Shown one piece after another: positions 1 through 10,956 of a stretch of DNA of 28,818 bases. Below the pieces are notes generated by a model. That model did no database searches. It saw only the letters and a program-made list of their open reading frames with translations, and was not told the origin of the DNA. Source of the DNA: Sarea resinae (taxonomy: Eukaryota). The stretch spans positions 186,001 through 214,818 of the forward strand of contig JAPEUD010000042.1 of the NCBI GenBank assembly GCA_026026165.1, written 5' to 3'. Made by a program: the position numbers and the translations under genes. The first letter of the stretch is position 1, and every line of letters starts with the position of its first letter.

Positions 1-1050
1 ATCAGGGAAAGAGAACGTTGCAAATTGAGATCCTGTTGGTGATATTGTGATGGATGAAGGCACAGACTTGGCCTACGTGGACACAGTCAGTGATGAGAAC
101 ATCTAATAGGGGCAAGCAATCTCGAACCTTTTTGAACTCAAACAAGTTTGTTGAACTTTTGAATTCGAATACGTTGTCAGGCTTTTCATAGTCGCCGCTT
201 GGCCTCCAGTACTCTAGCATTCCACTTTCGTCCCCTGATATCACGCAATCATAAATGTCGTTGAAGGCCATGACCGATATTGGGCTTCGATGTAAACTTG
301 CGATTGTGTGTATAGGCGTTTGGGATTCTCCTCTACCATCATAGATACTGATCGAGTGGCTGACTTCGTCCGACACTGCCAGCAGTGGCAATGAAGCTCC
401 GCGCTTATGCACCCAGCAGACACATTTGGGTGTAATATCTAGGCTGAGCATCGCAAGAAGGTCTAAGTCACCCTGTCAGCAACTTTCAAGCAGGACCTTA
501 AGCTTTAGCATACCAAAGGTAACAACATCGAATATCTTCACGGTTTTGTCGGAGCCGGCCGTCGCAAAGCTTCTCCCATCACTGCTTACGCTCACGCTTG
601 TGATCTCCCCAAGGTGCGCCTTGAATTCCTTGACAAATTCGATTCCTACGGCTACCTTTTTCCAGAACTTCACCACTCCATCGACAGAGCTGGTAATGAC
701 GAAATCAGTGGATGGTGTTACGGAGACGAAAGACAGCTGGTCTTTGTGCATCAGGGACTTCGAGTATCGCGGCGACGAAGGAAGGGCAGAAACATAAAGC
801 TTCTCATGCCGCAGAACCCGGCGTTTCTTCTTGGGAGCAGCAGACGGTAGTGCGGGCCCTATGTCGTCTTCGGAAGAGGTGTCTAGAGATCACTGTGAGC
901 TTGCGCATCGGGAGAAGCTTACAGCGCGCTATTACCTTCATCTTGAGTAGCAACTGCATTGGCGCCATTGTGGGCTTTGGCATCGCTTTCCTCGACTTCT
1001 GACCGGGAGCGCTTATTTGATCGCGGCGTACTGGAGCCATCTATCTCCAT
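1..1050 (-). CDS. cyp15: WD40-repeat peptidyl-prolyl cis-trans isomerase Cyp15/PPWD1, 5' part (continues beyond window start)
   Basis: Spliced by hand: exons 1050-936, 882-514, 462-128, 72-1 with GT-AG introns. Gives MEIDGSSTPRSNKRSR...DTSSEDDIGPALPSAAPKKKRRVLRHEKLYVSALPSSPRYSKSLMHKDQ...VITSSVDGVVKFWKK...IEFVKEFKAHLG...TNLFEFKKAKSVPSSITISPTGSQFATFSFPD, the N-terminal WD40 region typical of PPWD1/Cyp15. The cyclophilin domain lies outside the window. Confidence 0.92.
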
Positions 1051-1488
1051 TTTGAAGCTTTTCTAATGTCGTTGACTGGATTGTAATATCATCGAACTGT
1101 TTCTCAATAATTTCGGCGATTCTCGATAGTCGGCGTACTCACGTCGCAAAACCCCGGCATCGCGAAAGTCGTACGCCACACGTGATCGTCATCATACAGA
1201 GAACTTATTTACTTCACGTACAGGGACAGAGCAGGAGACCCCTTGAAACTCACCAGGTTGCGACAGCTGGGCTCCTAGCGGGTGAATCGTTTCAGTCTAT
1301 TATAATGGTCTAGTATCGATTATAGTACAATTTTCGAAAGCTATGATGATCACTCGAAGCGCAGCACCATTTACCGTGTGAACATGCCGTGTACAGATAT
1401 CCTTCCGAACTCTTAACTTTTTCCAAATGTAATACCCGAGTCTGGCGGTCCTCTTCGACTCTGTGGATCTTACGCTTATTCCGAGATT

Positions 1489-2548
1489 CTACTGCTTGAC
1501 AGCTCCAGGCCTGGCTTTGAGAGCCCGTCCGTCACCGTAGCCGTTGACACGTCCATAGAGGAACTTGAGCGTGGCAGTGCTCATGCTCATGACCAGGGCA
1601 CTACCAGCAAACAACACCACTCGCCATGGCGGACTCAGAGCTTCAAAAAGCGGGTACGGGTACCTGCATCGACCGTCAGCTTGCTCGAATAATCTCGGTC
1701 ATCAAAAGGGCAGCTCGACCAGCCGTTGTGCTGATAGCAGTGCTCCACCCAGAACCAGTAGCCAAAAGCAAAAATCCCACTGACCCCCATCGTAGGGAGG
1801 GCAGTAATGGTCCACGGAGGCGAGAAGAAAAGTAGATCCAGAACGAGCACGATGCCCGGAACGGCATGGAATCCAAGGTCTTCACGTATCAGCAAAGGAG
1901 AATGATATGCGGTAAATTGCGGGCATACCAGCTCGAGGATCTAACCGCACCCAGTCGGGCATGACCAATTTTTTGTCAATCTGAATTTCCATTCAGCTTG
2001 TGTCGACACTGGCTCCGTAGGATGATTCTACGTACGCTTCGAATGCCCCAGTAGAGCAGGGTAATGAGCACTTCCAGAGGTGCGCTTGTCACGGATAATG
2101 CATTTTTGACAAGAAAGAGCCGTGGCGAGAGAGTCACATCGGCCAGCAAGCCAAAGGCAAAGGTCAAGGTCGAGAGACTCAAGCCGATGATAGTAAGATA
2201 TTGCAAATGCCAGCCATAGGAATCATTTCTCATTGAACGTCAGCTCTAAAGATCGTATTTCTTCTGGATCCCTTTAAACCCACACTGGACTTGGAAAGTC
2301 GACCAGGCTATAGAAGTTCTCAGCAGCCAGCCCTTGGAGCAGTAAAATAATCAGGAACTCACTACTTGAACGAAGCAGCAAAGCTGGCAAGACCAGCCAA
2401 CTTGAGGTTCACCGAGTCAACATTTATACATGCCAACATTTTCGTCGGCGGATATACTTACGTGCAGCAACGCTGAAGCACTGCGGGAAGGCGACTCCAA
2501 TCGCTGTAGGGGATGTCTGCCAATGAGAGATTGAGCGGGAGCCGACAT
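1489..2548 (-). CDS. FAR-17a/AIG1-like integral membrane protein
   Basis: Seven exons: 2548-2462, 2400-2363, 2307-2284, 2228-2036, 1980-1929, 1879-1720, 1663-1489. Motifs RHPLQRLESPSRS, SYGWHLQYLTIIGL, DLGFHAVP, WYPYPLF match the FAR-17a/AIG1 family; several hydrophobic segments; TAG at 1491-1489. Confidence 0.85.
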
Positions 2549-4163
2549 GGCCGCGACGATGATTATACGATTCCCGAGAAGAATGAAGTCTAAGGTGAGG
2601 CAGGTACTAATACAATAATGATGCAATCACGAAAGCCTCGAATAGTAAGCAATAAGGACAACGAAGGAATGCGTCTGACGCGGCAAAGGACCGAAAGGTT
2701 TGAGATTGATCACTTCTGGAACGGGTTACACTCAGGATACCATGTCAACCTACTGGGTTCGTAGGTCCGCCAGTCAGCAGATTGCGATGATCGATGATTA
2801 CCTCATGTGAGCGAGCGAGACACCGGAGGCGATTGAAACGGCCGAAACGACCGAGGCACTCACTGCACGCAACAGGCGGGAGACCGGGGCGACGCCTAGC
2901 GACAAGCGACGCAACCAGACTGACATGGCCCAGCCCTGGAGCCCTGGAGCCCTGGAGGTGCCCGCTCATGGTGGTGGATGCTGTGGAATGGAACAAGAAC
3001 GGGCCGACCAGTCTCCCGCTCCCGAGATCCTGAACTTGCAATGTTCACCTCCAGCTGAGTGCTGTTGCCAGCAACAATGAAGGCATTTGCACATTCCATG
3101 ACCCAGCCGATCCAGTCGCACCCAAAGAAAACAACGCCTGCAACTAGCATGAGCCATGAATGATATCTAGCTAGATGCAATCTATCGACCGCAGCAGGTA
3201 CGAGGGTGGGCCCGTCGACGTCGAGCTTCCTGTCTCTCGTCTCGTCGTAAATCTGTTGATCGGAATCCCCCGATTGGCATAGACGACGGCTCCGATAGGA
3301 ACAACGGGGCTTGACTACGTGATGACTGATGTTTCCCTTCACCCGCGGACCGACCGCGACCATGGTCGACAGGGCTGGATCGAGCCGATTCGTGCTTTTT
3401 TTCGTTGCCGTGATGATCGACGCGGCGTTTCGAGTCTGACAAGATCAACGCCTCCAGGCTGCGGACAGGCATTACATTACATACATCAAATAGCCCTGCC
3501 CAGAGAGCGGCCATCATTCATCTACTGGAGAGTACTGTACACTAGGGTAGAGGAGCCATCCATGGATGGATGGATGGATGCTGCAAGGCGAGGGGACGGT
3601 GCCCCACGTACAAAGCCAAGTACTTTGCGCGTGCCATTCAACAAGGCGAGCCGTCGATGTTCGAATGATAGGACTCGAGATGATGCAGGCACGCCTCCCC
3701 TCACTAGAGGACGACGGCTATTCCAGAGTCGTCGATGAGGTCGGTAGGCAGAGCACGTACGCTGTACTATGTATGCTGCCAGAGGACGCGCTACGGCTTT
3801 AGCATCGAGATTAGCATCGAGTAGCAAGGCAACGGTTTGATGATTAGGGGGCATCAGGGTCTCTGCCTTATGCGACCAAACCTCTTCGGCTCCGTGATGT
3901 GAATGCATGTTCTGCTCCTTGACCGCGAGTATCCGTCGACCATCTACCGTAGTACTCCTGAAAGGACTCTACTGTAGTACGCTGGAGTACTACGGAGTAC
4001 TTTGTTTTGGATGAGAAACGAGGGACCGTGGCAAGTATTCAATTCGTATCCAATCCGCATCATTGATCCAATAATCCGTATGGGACGCACGGAAGCGGAA
4101 TTGAGCGCGAGAGACAGGGGGCGGCATGGCAGGGATCCAGATGGAGGCAGAGTTGGTCGGTGT

Positions 4164-4223
4164 GGGTGGGTGGAGGGGAAGGGGAGGGGAGGGGAGTAGG
4201 GGAGTAGGGGAGCGGAGGGAGGG
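4164..4223 (+). other. G-run cluster with G-quadruplex potential upstream of the Zn2Cys6 gene
   Basis: GGGTGGGTGGAGGGGAAGGGGAGGGGAGGGGAGTAGGGGAGTAGGGG: at least eight G3+ runs with short loops. Confidence 0.6.
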
Positions 4224-4734
4224 CGTCGAATCGAGGACTGAGTTGCGGGTTGGGGCATGCGGGTGAGTGCCATGGATGGACGGCCAGATTCTGTCGCGAC
4301 TCTTATTGTATGGATGTCTGTCTACCTTGGGGATGCTAGTGATATTGATAAAGCCCCAACCCCAGATACCTGATCGATGAAGCGATACTTTTTGGACGCC
4401 AGCATACTACAGTACGAGAACCACAGCACTACTGCTCTGCCGTACCCTCGCCGACCCACGATTGATTCATAGCCTCAACCACCATCTTTTATTATTATTA
4501 TTGTTAATATCATCACCATCGATCCGCATTCGTCTCGGCACGGCTCTGTGGCGTCTACGCAATGCTGATTGCCATTAGCAGGACTAGACGTTGCGCGACT
4601 CGAAGCCTCGCGTAAGATCACCACCGCCACTGTCGTCGGCAAGAGCGGCTAAAGCATCACTGTCCGCCAAGTCGACAAGGAGACTCAACGCTGAGGGGCG
4701 ATACTCGTGCTGTCTCCTACCGTCTCTGTCGGTA

Positions 4735-7700
4735 ATGCCGCGTCCAAAGAAGATAGGTGGACCGGAACCGAAAAAGAGAAGTCGAAATGGCTGCTGGTGA
4801 GTCACCCTGCGGACACGAGGCGGGGTCCAGCAAAGAGTATTGCGACCCACGAGCGAGCTTGCTGACAACGTCGGTAGGCCTTGTAAAGCGAGAAAAGTCA
4901 AATGGTATGCCATCTGCCTCCGATTGCATGGCTGAACTGACCGGCTTGATAGTGGGGAGGAGAAACCAAAGTGCCTCAATTGCGAGCGGCAGAACGAGAC
5001 ATGCGACTATAGCATCCGGTTGAATTGGGAAGGTCGGACGAAAAAGAAGGATCCCTTCGTCATCAGCAGTGGGAACCACACCCACTCACCTCCAAACGGC
5101 AGCATTCCCGGGGCGGGCTCCTTCACAGTCACGTCTGGCTCTGTGTCGTGGCCCGCTCAGCCGGCTCCCCTTGCACCGTCGCCTGTCGAGCTCCAGCCTG
5201 CACCGGCCGTCAATAAACTTCAAAACGGACGTCATACCACATCTCGAGCAGACATACGCATCAATACGGATGGCTATCGACCATCCGCGGCGGCAAACGG
5301 CCACTATGACCCCGCGGCCGAGATAAGTCCTTTGCAGAGACTCGAGCAAGCTCATGGCCAGAATCAGCCGTCTGGATCTGGATCACTGCCGGATCTTTCA
5401 ACGGTCGACCCTGCGTTAGCTGGAAGGAGCCACCTCCAGCAGCAAAAGATCTCCTCCGCGGCTGCGGAGAAGAGGACAGCAAAAAGATCTAAGGCTTTCG
5501 AGGTGCCTCTGTCGTCGAATCAAGCTACAGCCATACAATATGCTCAACAGCAGCATCCAAGAGTCAACAGCCTGCAGTCGACATCTTCGAATGATTCATA
5601 TCCCACGCCCGATTCGAACTACGCGAGTCCTGGGAACAACGGCGTCGGCGAAGAAGCAAGCCCTGGTGCATTCTCGCAGCTGAGTGCCGCCCACATGCTT
5701 CCACCGCCAACCGTCACACCGAATGGGAGGATCACGAGCTCCATGGATAGGAACATGGGCGATCACCACATATCTTCTGAACATCGAGCAAAACGCATAC
5801 GCTTCAGTCCTCCGAGCGAGAAGCCCGCGCCTATTCCGGACCAACTCTACGGAGGCCAGGCTGGAGCTAGCGTACGGCAGAACGGACCCTCGGGTGCTGC
5901 AACGGCATCTGATGTTCGAGCATCCCCATATGCAAGGTCATACCAGTCAAGCAGTCCGTATACGAGTGCAGCCAGCACTCCTCTTACGCCTGCGGTTTCG
6001 GCCGATGCGTCCGAGGATGGTCATGCATGTGGACTGCCATCTCACCTACCGGAAAACTCTCCTGAGCTTCGCCGACTCTCCGTGGATTCGTTGCTCTCGG
6101 GCCCCACTCGAGACGACGATCGTCTATTTTCTGGGCAATTATCCGGACAAGTTTTTGGTCTCCAGTCATTCACGCCCGTAGACGATGACGAAGAGACGAT
6201 CACATACGGTCTTGATCGCGGCTTTCCGGACCTGGACATCTCGAAAAATGATGATGCAAATGCTCTCAGTGGACGAACGCCATTCATGTCAGATGACAAG
6301 CTCGATTACATTCTTCAAAGCCAGAGCGAAGATGGCCTGACGCTCGCGGAGTTTGCATTCAGTACTCCCGCGAAAGATACCGTCTTTGAAAAGGGTGGCT
6401 ACTACAATCAAGCTGTGCCCGTCAAATTACCAAAGTCGTTGATGCCGTTACCTTCGCCTCTTCAGGACAATCCTATGAACTTGCTATACTTTCATCACTT
6501 CCTCAACCATACCGCTAGGATTTTGGTGCCTCTCGACTGCCCTGAAAATCCCTTCAAGACGATTCTGCCTCAGAGTAAGCGTAAACTTATATCTTCATCA
6601 TTCAATTGCTAATGCAGTTAGTGGCCGTCCATAATATCAATTTACTCAAGCTCCTCCTGGCGTATTCTGCCAGTCACCGTGCACGGCTGCTGGACCAACC
6701 GGAGCCGGCCACTCGAATCGCTCTGTGGGTGCAAGATGTGTTTCCGTCTCTCCGAGCTGCTCTGAGCCAACCCAAAGAGAACATTACAAACGCCAATTTG
6801 GCTACTGCCATCATGTTAGCGTCGCTGGAGATCATCTCTCCAAATACGTTCGACGTTCCGGTACCGTGGCAGCATCATCTGAACACTGCGAGGCAGATGA
6901 TACTCGCTCGCGGTGGTCCACAGGTCCACCGCAAAGACAAAGTCTCGTACTTTTTGATTCGCTGGTTCTCATACCTAGATGTGCTCGGTAGTCTCAGTGG
7001 AAGCAAGAATGATCGACCTCTCTTCAGCGGCAGCTACTACGTCAAAAGCGACCCAGACGGAGGCGACGACGATGACTTTCAGATCGACTGCCTTTTAGGG
7101 TTCACGGGCCGATGCATCGCCATCCTTGCTCGCGTCGCGGAATTAGCAAGACAGTGTGACAACGAGCGCATCGATGCCGATGGGAACATCCGCGAAGACT
7201 GGGCGCCGTCTCAGGAAACGGTCGAAGCGGCGGAGAAGCTCAAATTCGCGCTTCAAGAAGGTCGCGTTCACGTGTACAGGGGCTGTAATCACAAACGACA
7301 TCGGTCCAGCTCTAGCTCGGGATCGCGCCCAGTCTCGCTCGTCTCTCCTCACACGACAACGGCCACGACGACCGCAGCAGCGGTGACGGAAAACGAAACG
7401 GGCTGGGATTCGCTCGAGCTCATCGCCACGAACGACGCCTTTCACTGGGCGGGTCTGGTGCACCTCCACCGCCGTGTCCTGGGCAAGCCATCCTCGGACC
7501 CGGCCGTGCAGAATGCGGTCCGTGAGATCGTCGGCGCGCTTTACAAAGTGCGCACGGGCGGCACGGCGGAGGCGTGTCTCCTGTTCCCAATGTTCACGGC
7601 CGGGTGCTCGGCCGAGGACTGGGACCAGCGGGATAAGATCATGAAGAGGCTGCGCAGCGTCGAGGCGTGCGGCATGACGCATGTGCGCAAGGCGCGGGCG

Positions 7701-7769
7701 CTGCTGCAGAAGGTTTGGGATACGGGTCGCGCGTGGGAGACGTTGGTTTCTGGGGAGTTTTTTGGCTGA
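4735..7769 (+). CDS. Zn(II)2Cys6 transcription factor with C-terminal fungal-specific (Fungal_trans_2-type) domain; recalls Aspergillus OefC-type factors (not verified)
   Basis: Exons 4735-4796, 4878-4904, 4953-6574, 6622-7769. Splicing rebuilds RSRNGCWPCKARKVKCGEEKPKCLNCERQNETCDYSIRLNW (C-x2-C-x6-C-x6-C-x2-C-x6-C). C-terminal motifs YFHHFLNHTARILVP, LLAYSASH, WQHHL, LLFPMFTAGC. Confidence 0.92.
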
Positions 7770-8152
7770 GGTGGTGGAGTTTTCTTGAAAACAACTATTT
7801 CTTGGTCTTTTTTCATCGGGGGTTTCTTCTCACTGTCAGGGTGGGAATGGTGGCGGATTGGCTGGGTGGCTGGTGTGGTGTTTATACATTGATTCCATTG
7901 GGCGGGATGGCTTTGTCTTTGGTCGGTATGGTTGGGCGGGGTTTGCGGTCTGGTCGGGTCGGGTCGGTTTGGTCTTTACGGTTCTTTTCTGGTCGGGTTT
8001 CTCTGTCTTTGTCTTTGTTTTCGTCTGCGGGGAGGGCCGTCTCGTATAGCTGTGGTTTTCTCATTAGGCGGATGGGACGGGATGGAATAGGATAGGAGGA
8101 GGGTGATTGGCCGGGATAGATGGAGAGTAGAGAAACTCTTACCAATGGCTTG

Positions 8153-8665
8153 AGTCAAGTCAAGTCAAGTCAAGTCAAGGCTAAAGCTAAGGCGGAAGCA
8201 GGAAGCCGAGGAGGTTTTTGATATCCCTTTCTCTGTTTCATTTTTTTCACCTTTTTTCCCCCTTCTCTTTTCTCATTTCTCTTCTTCTCTTCTTCTCTTC
8301 TTCTCTTATACTCTTTTCTCTTATAATCCTTTCTTTTTTCGTCCTTTCTTGTTCATCCTTTTTTCCCCCTTTTCTTTCTCTTTCTTTCCCCACACATCAG
8401 GGCTTTTAGCCTTTCTACCTTTTTCAGCTGTTTATTACTATTACTACGCCTCTTCTTCTTCTTCTTCCAACGCAAGAAAAGGAAGGAAGAAGGAGGAAGA
8501 GCAGAGCTAGAAGGGGGACCAAAGAGAAAAAGCAGTCGAAAAACAACAACAACATACGAGGACAGAACAGAAGAGGAAAAGAAAAAGAGAGAGAAAGAGA
8601 TAGGACATAGGACAGAGATAGGACATAGGATAGAGAGTGAGAGAGAGAGAGACAGAGAGTGAGAG
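8153..8665. repeat. Low-complexity block: (AGTCA)n, long pyrimidine tract, then purine tract
   Basis: (AGTCA) x5 at 8153-8179; C/T-rich tract ~8217-8465; A/G-rich tract ~8475-8665 including TAGGACA units. Confidence 0.8.
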
Positions 8666-9540
8666 ATCTAGAGCACAATCTAGGCGCTGGGCCGGGGACG
8701 GGGGGGATCCCCATCCGCGCCTCTGCCACGTTCACCCACGTTCACCTACCACGGCCACCTATCGACCGAGATTATCACAGAGTACGCTGTAGAGCGGAAA
8801 GCCGTTTCCTTGCTCTCTCCCCCCCCCTTCCCCCCCGTGTCCCTCCTATATCCCTTCCTATACTACTACGCACAGCTACTCCGTACTCCGGAGTACTATG
8901 AGTACAGCTCCATCCATCCATACCCGATTAGGACACCAATCTCTCATTGGCCTGAACGCAGGGTAAGGCAAGAGTCTAAGACGCGCGCATCCCCCCCCCC
9001 CAAAACAACGGTCCATGTCGTCTTCGGACAAATCAATCATAGAAGTAGGTAGAACCACAGTAGTATATTGATATTATGTTTCCAAAGGGGGCTCAAAGGG
9101 TCATACCATACCATGCATGCACGCAGTCATGCGTGCATGACATTCGTTTTTTTTTGGTTTGGGGGGGGGGGGGGACCAAGGACCAAGAGATATCTAGCTA
9201 TCTCCAGTCCGGTCCACGCCATGAACATGAACCCGCTTACTTACTTACTTACGGAAATAGTGGAGAAAAGAGCCCAAGTATAAGTAGGTAAGGGAGGTAG
9301 GAAGGTGAGGTAGGTAGGCTTCCTGGGCTTTTTCCATTGCTATTGCTATTGCTGTTGCTATTGCTATTGGGAACCCAAAGTCCCTCGAGATTTATCATCA
9401 TCATCATCGGCTTCATCATCATCGTCGGCTTCATTGAAACCTCGCGATTCGGCTCTTCGTGGCGAGAAGACCTTGCCCGCCTCGGACATCCCCACGCCCC
9501 ACGCCAGTCCCGATTTCTTTTTCCTCAATCCGGTTCCCCA

Positions 9541-10057
9541 ATGGCCATGGCGGCGGCAGCAGCAGCAGCAGCAATCACGCATGCCGAGTACAACGACCGG
9601 ACCGAAGCGCTCGAGGTCGCCGAGGCGTTTGCTTCGGGCATCACGGGCAAGAACGTGGTCGTGACCGGCGTGAATAAGAACGGCATTGGGTTCTCGACGG
9701 CCGAAGCCTTTGTGCGTTGGCAACCCTTCCCCACCCCATCCATCACCATGGATAGAACTGACCCCGCACCAACCAACCTACCTCAGGCCTCGCAAGCCCC
9801 GGCACACCTCATCATAGCCGGCCGCAACCCGTCCAAGCTCCAAGAGTGCATCGACGCGCTCAAAGGCATCATTCCCCACCGTCGACTACCGACCGCTCAA
9901 GCTGGATCTCTCGAGCCAGAAGACCGTGCGCGCCGCTGCCGCCGAGTTTCTCTCCTGGGCACATGTCCCGACGGTCGACATGCTCGTCCACAGCGCCGGC
10001 GTGATGCTGGTGCCGGAGCGCACGCTGACCGCGGACGGCGTGGAGATGCATTTGGCT
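9541..10057 (+). pseudogene. Short-chain dehydrogenase/reductase (retinol-dehydrogenase-like) pseudogene, frameshifted and 3'-truncated
   Basis: ATG 9541; Rossmann motif VVVTGVNKNGIG; intron 9712-9786; then ASQAPAHLIIAGRNPSKLQECIDALK. A +1 frameshift at ~9862-9865 (CTC AAAG GCA) continues as ASFPTVDYRPLKLDLSSQKTVRAAAAEFLSW...VDMLVHSAGVMLVPERTLTADGVEMHLA. Family similarity stops before the expected NHxGHF motif and catalytic YxxxK. Confidence 0.85.
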
Positions 10058-10280
10058 CCCTTCGCGGAAATGCCGGTAAAGGTCTTCTTCCTTGCGTGAT
10101 GCCTGGGGAATGCGCGGAGCGGCCTTGTGGCCGAGAGGTAACCAAGTAGTGAGATTGAGCCGCGACGGCCGGTGGACGGTCCGCCGAGCATTCTTGCCCT
10201 TCATTACATGGCTGCGAATCGACGTCCTGGCAGTGCTGTCGATCTTTGTGCCATCTACGAACTCGAAAGCTCTTCTCCAT
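10058..10280 (-). pseudogene. N-terminal fragment of a fungal-specific transcription-factor-like gene, frameshifted and truncated
   Basis: ATG GAG AAG at 10280, then one extra base puts FEFVDGTKIDSTARTSIRSHVMKGKNARR out of frame. The F.F.....R..IRSHVM motif is a typical N-terminus of fungal transcription-factor-domain proteins. The frame runs into the antisense of the SDR relic at ~10057. Confidence 0.6.
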
Positions 10281-10570
10281 GGTGAGAATGAATTGCGCAT
10301 GCAGCTTGCTGCATGTTGAAGAAGCATGAGGTGGTGAGATTGAGGTCGGCGCGGGAAGGGTCCGTGGAGTTAAGCCCGGATCTCCGAACATCCCATCTGG
10401 CCTCGCTTTATACCTCCCGTCCCTCAACGCCTCGGGTGTCTACTTCAGTACTCCGAGTATGGCATGCCTAGTAGTAGGGTAAGGTATTTAGCAATTTGGT
10501 TATCACAGCTATCTATTTATATATACACGTTCTACATATGAAATGTAAAATTCTAAAAGAAGAAATAGAA

Positions 10571-10730
10571 GAGAAAAGAGAAAAGAGAAAAGAGAAAAGA
10601 GAAAAGAAGGCAGTAGACTGTGTTATTTACATGATTGCATCAGAATTTCATTAGATGTCTAGAAAGGAACTATATTGAAGCTATAGGTATTCTCTTCTTT
10701 CTTCTTCTTCTTCTTCTTCTTCTTCTTCTT
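10571..10730. repeat. Microsatellites (GAGAAAA)5 and (CTT)10
   Basis: Read directly at 10571-10606 and 10701-10730. Confidence 0.9.
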
Positions 10731-10956
10731 TTCTTCCCTCTCTCTCTCTCGCTCCTTTCTCCTAAAACACAGCCAACCTTAAGAGAAGAAAAAAGAAAAC
10801 GAAAGGAGAAAACCAGATAACTAGACCATACAAGCAAAACCTCTATCCCTCTGCTGACCCGCCCAGAAAGAGGATCACACGAGTTAGACGTCCTTCTCTC
10901 TGCTAATCTGCCTAAAAGGACCACGCCAGTCAAAGCAACAACGACAAAGCCGCACT

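Noticed and set aside
804..1040. ORF-track 78-aa ORF as the cyp15 start
   Set aside because: Wrong frame; ATG 1050 splices in frame to the conserved region.
1245..1258. GAAACTCACCAGGT matches a stretch of 18S rRNA as I recall it, so the minus strand could be a snoRNA guide
   Set aside because: No D or D' box (CTGA) follows the antisense element and no C box is placed properly; likely chance.
3300..3440. ACAACGGGGCTT resembling the RNase MRP 3' conserved region, plus GTGATGA/CTGA boxes suggesting a C/D snoRNA
   Set aside because: No upstream GAAAGTCCCC partner at a suitable distance, and no recognisable rRNA-complementary guide or terminal stem.
9116..9139. 10-bp hairpin CATGCACGCA-GTCA-TGCGTGCATG as a MITE or terminator
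   Set aside because: Too short, no target-site duplication and no second copy in the window.
7667..9300. Short Phe/Leu/Ser- or Lys/Arg-rich ORFs here, and similar ones at 15134-16346 and 22600-23600
   Set aside because: Translations of low-complexity tracts or antisense frames with no family motifs.
9337..10149. 270-aa ORF as an intact secreted protein with a poly-Leu signal peptide
   Set aside because: The poly-Leu is a (TTGCTA)n microsatellite with a TTG start; the ORF reads through an intron and leaves the SDR frame at the frameshift.
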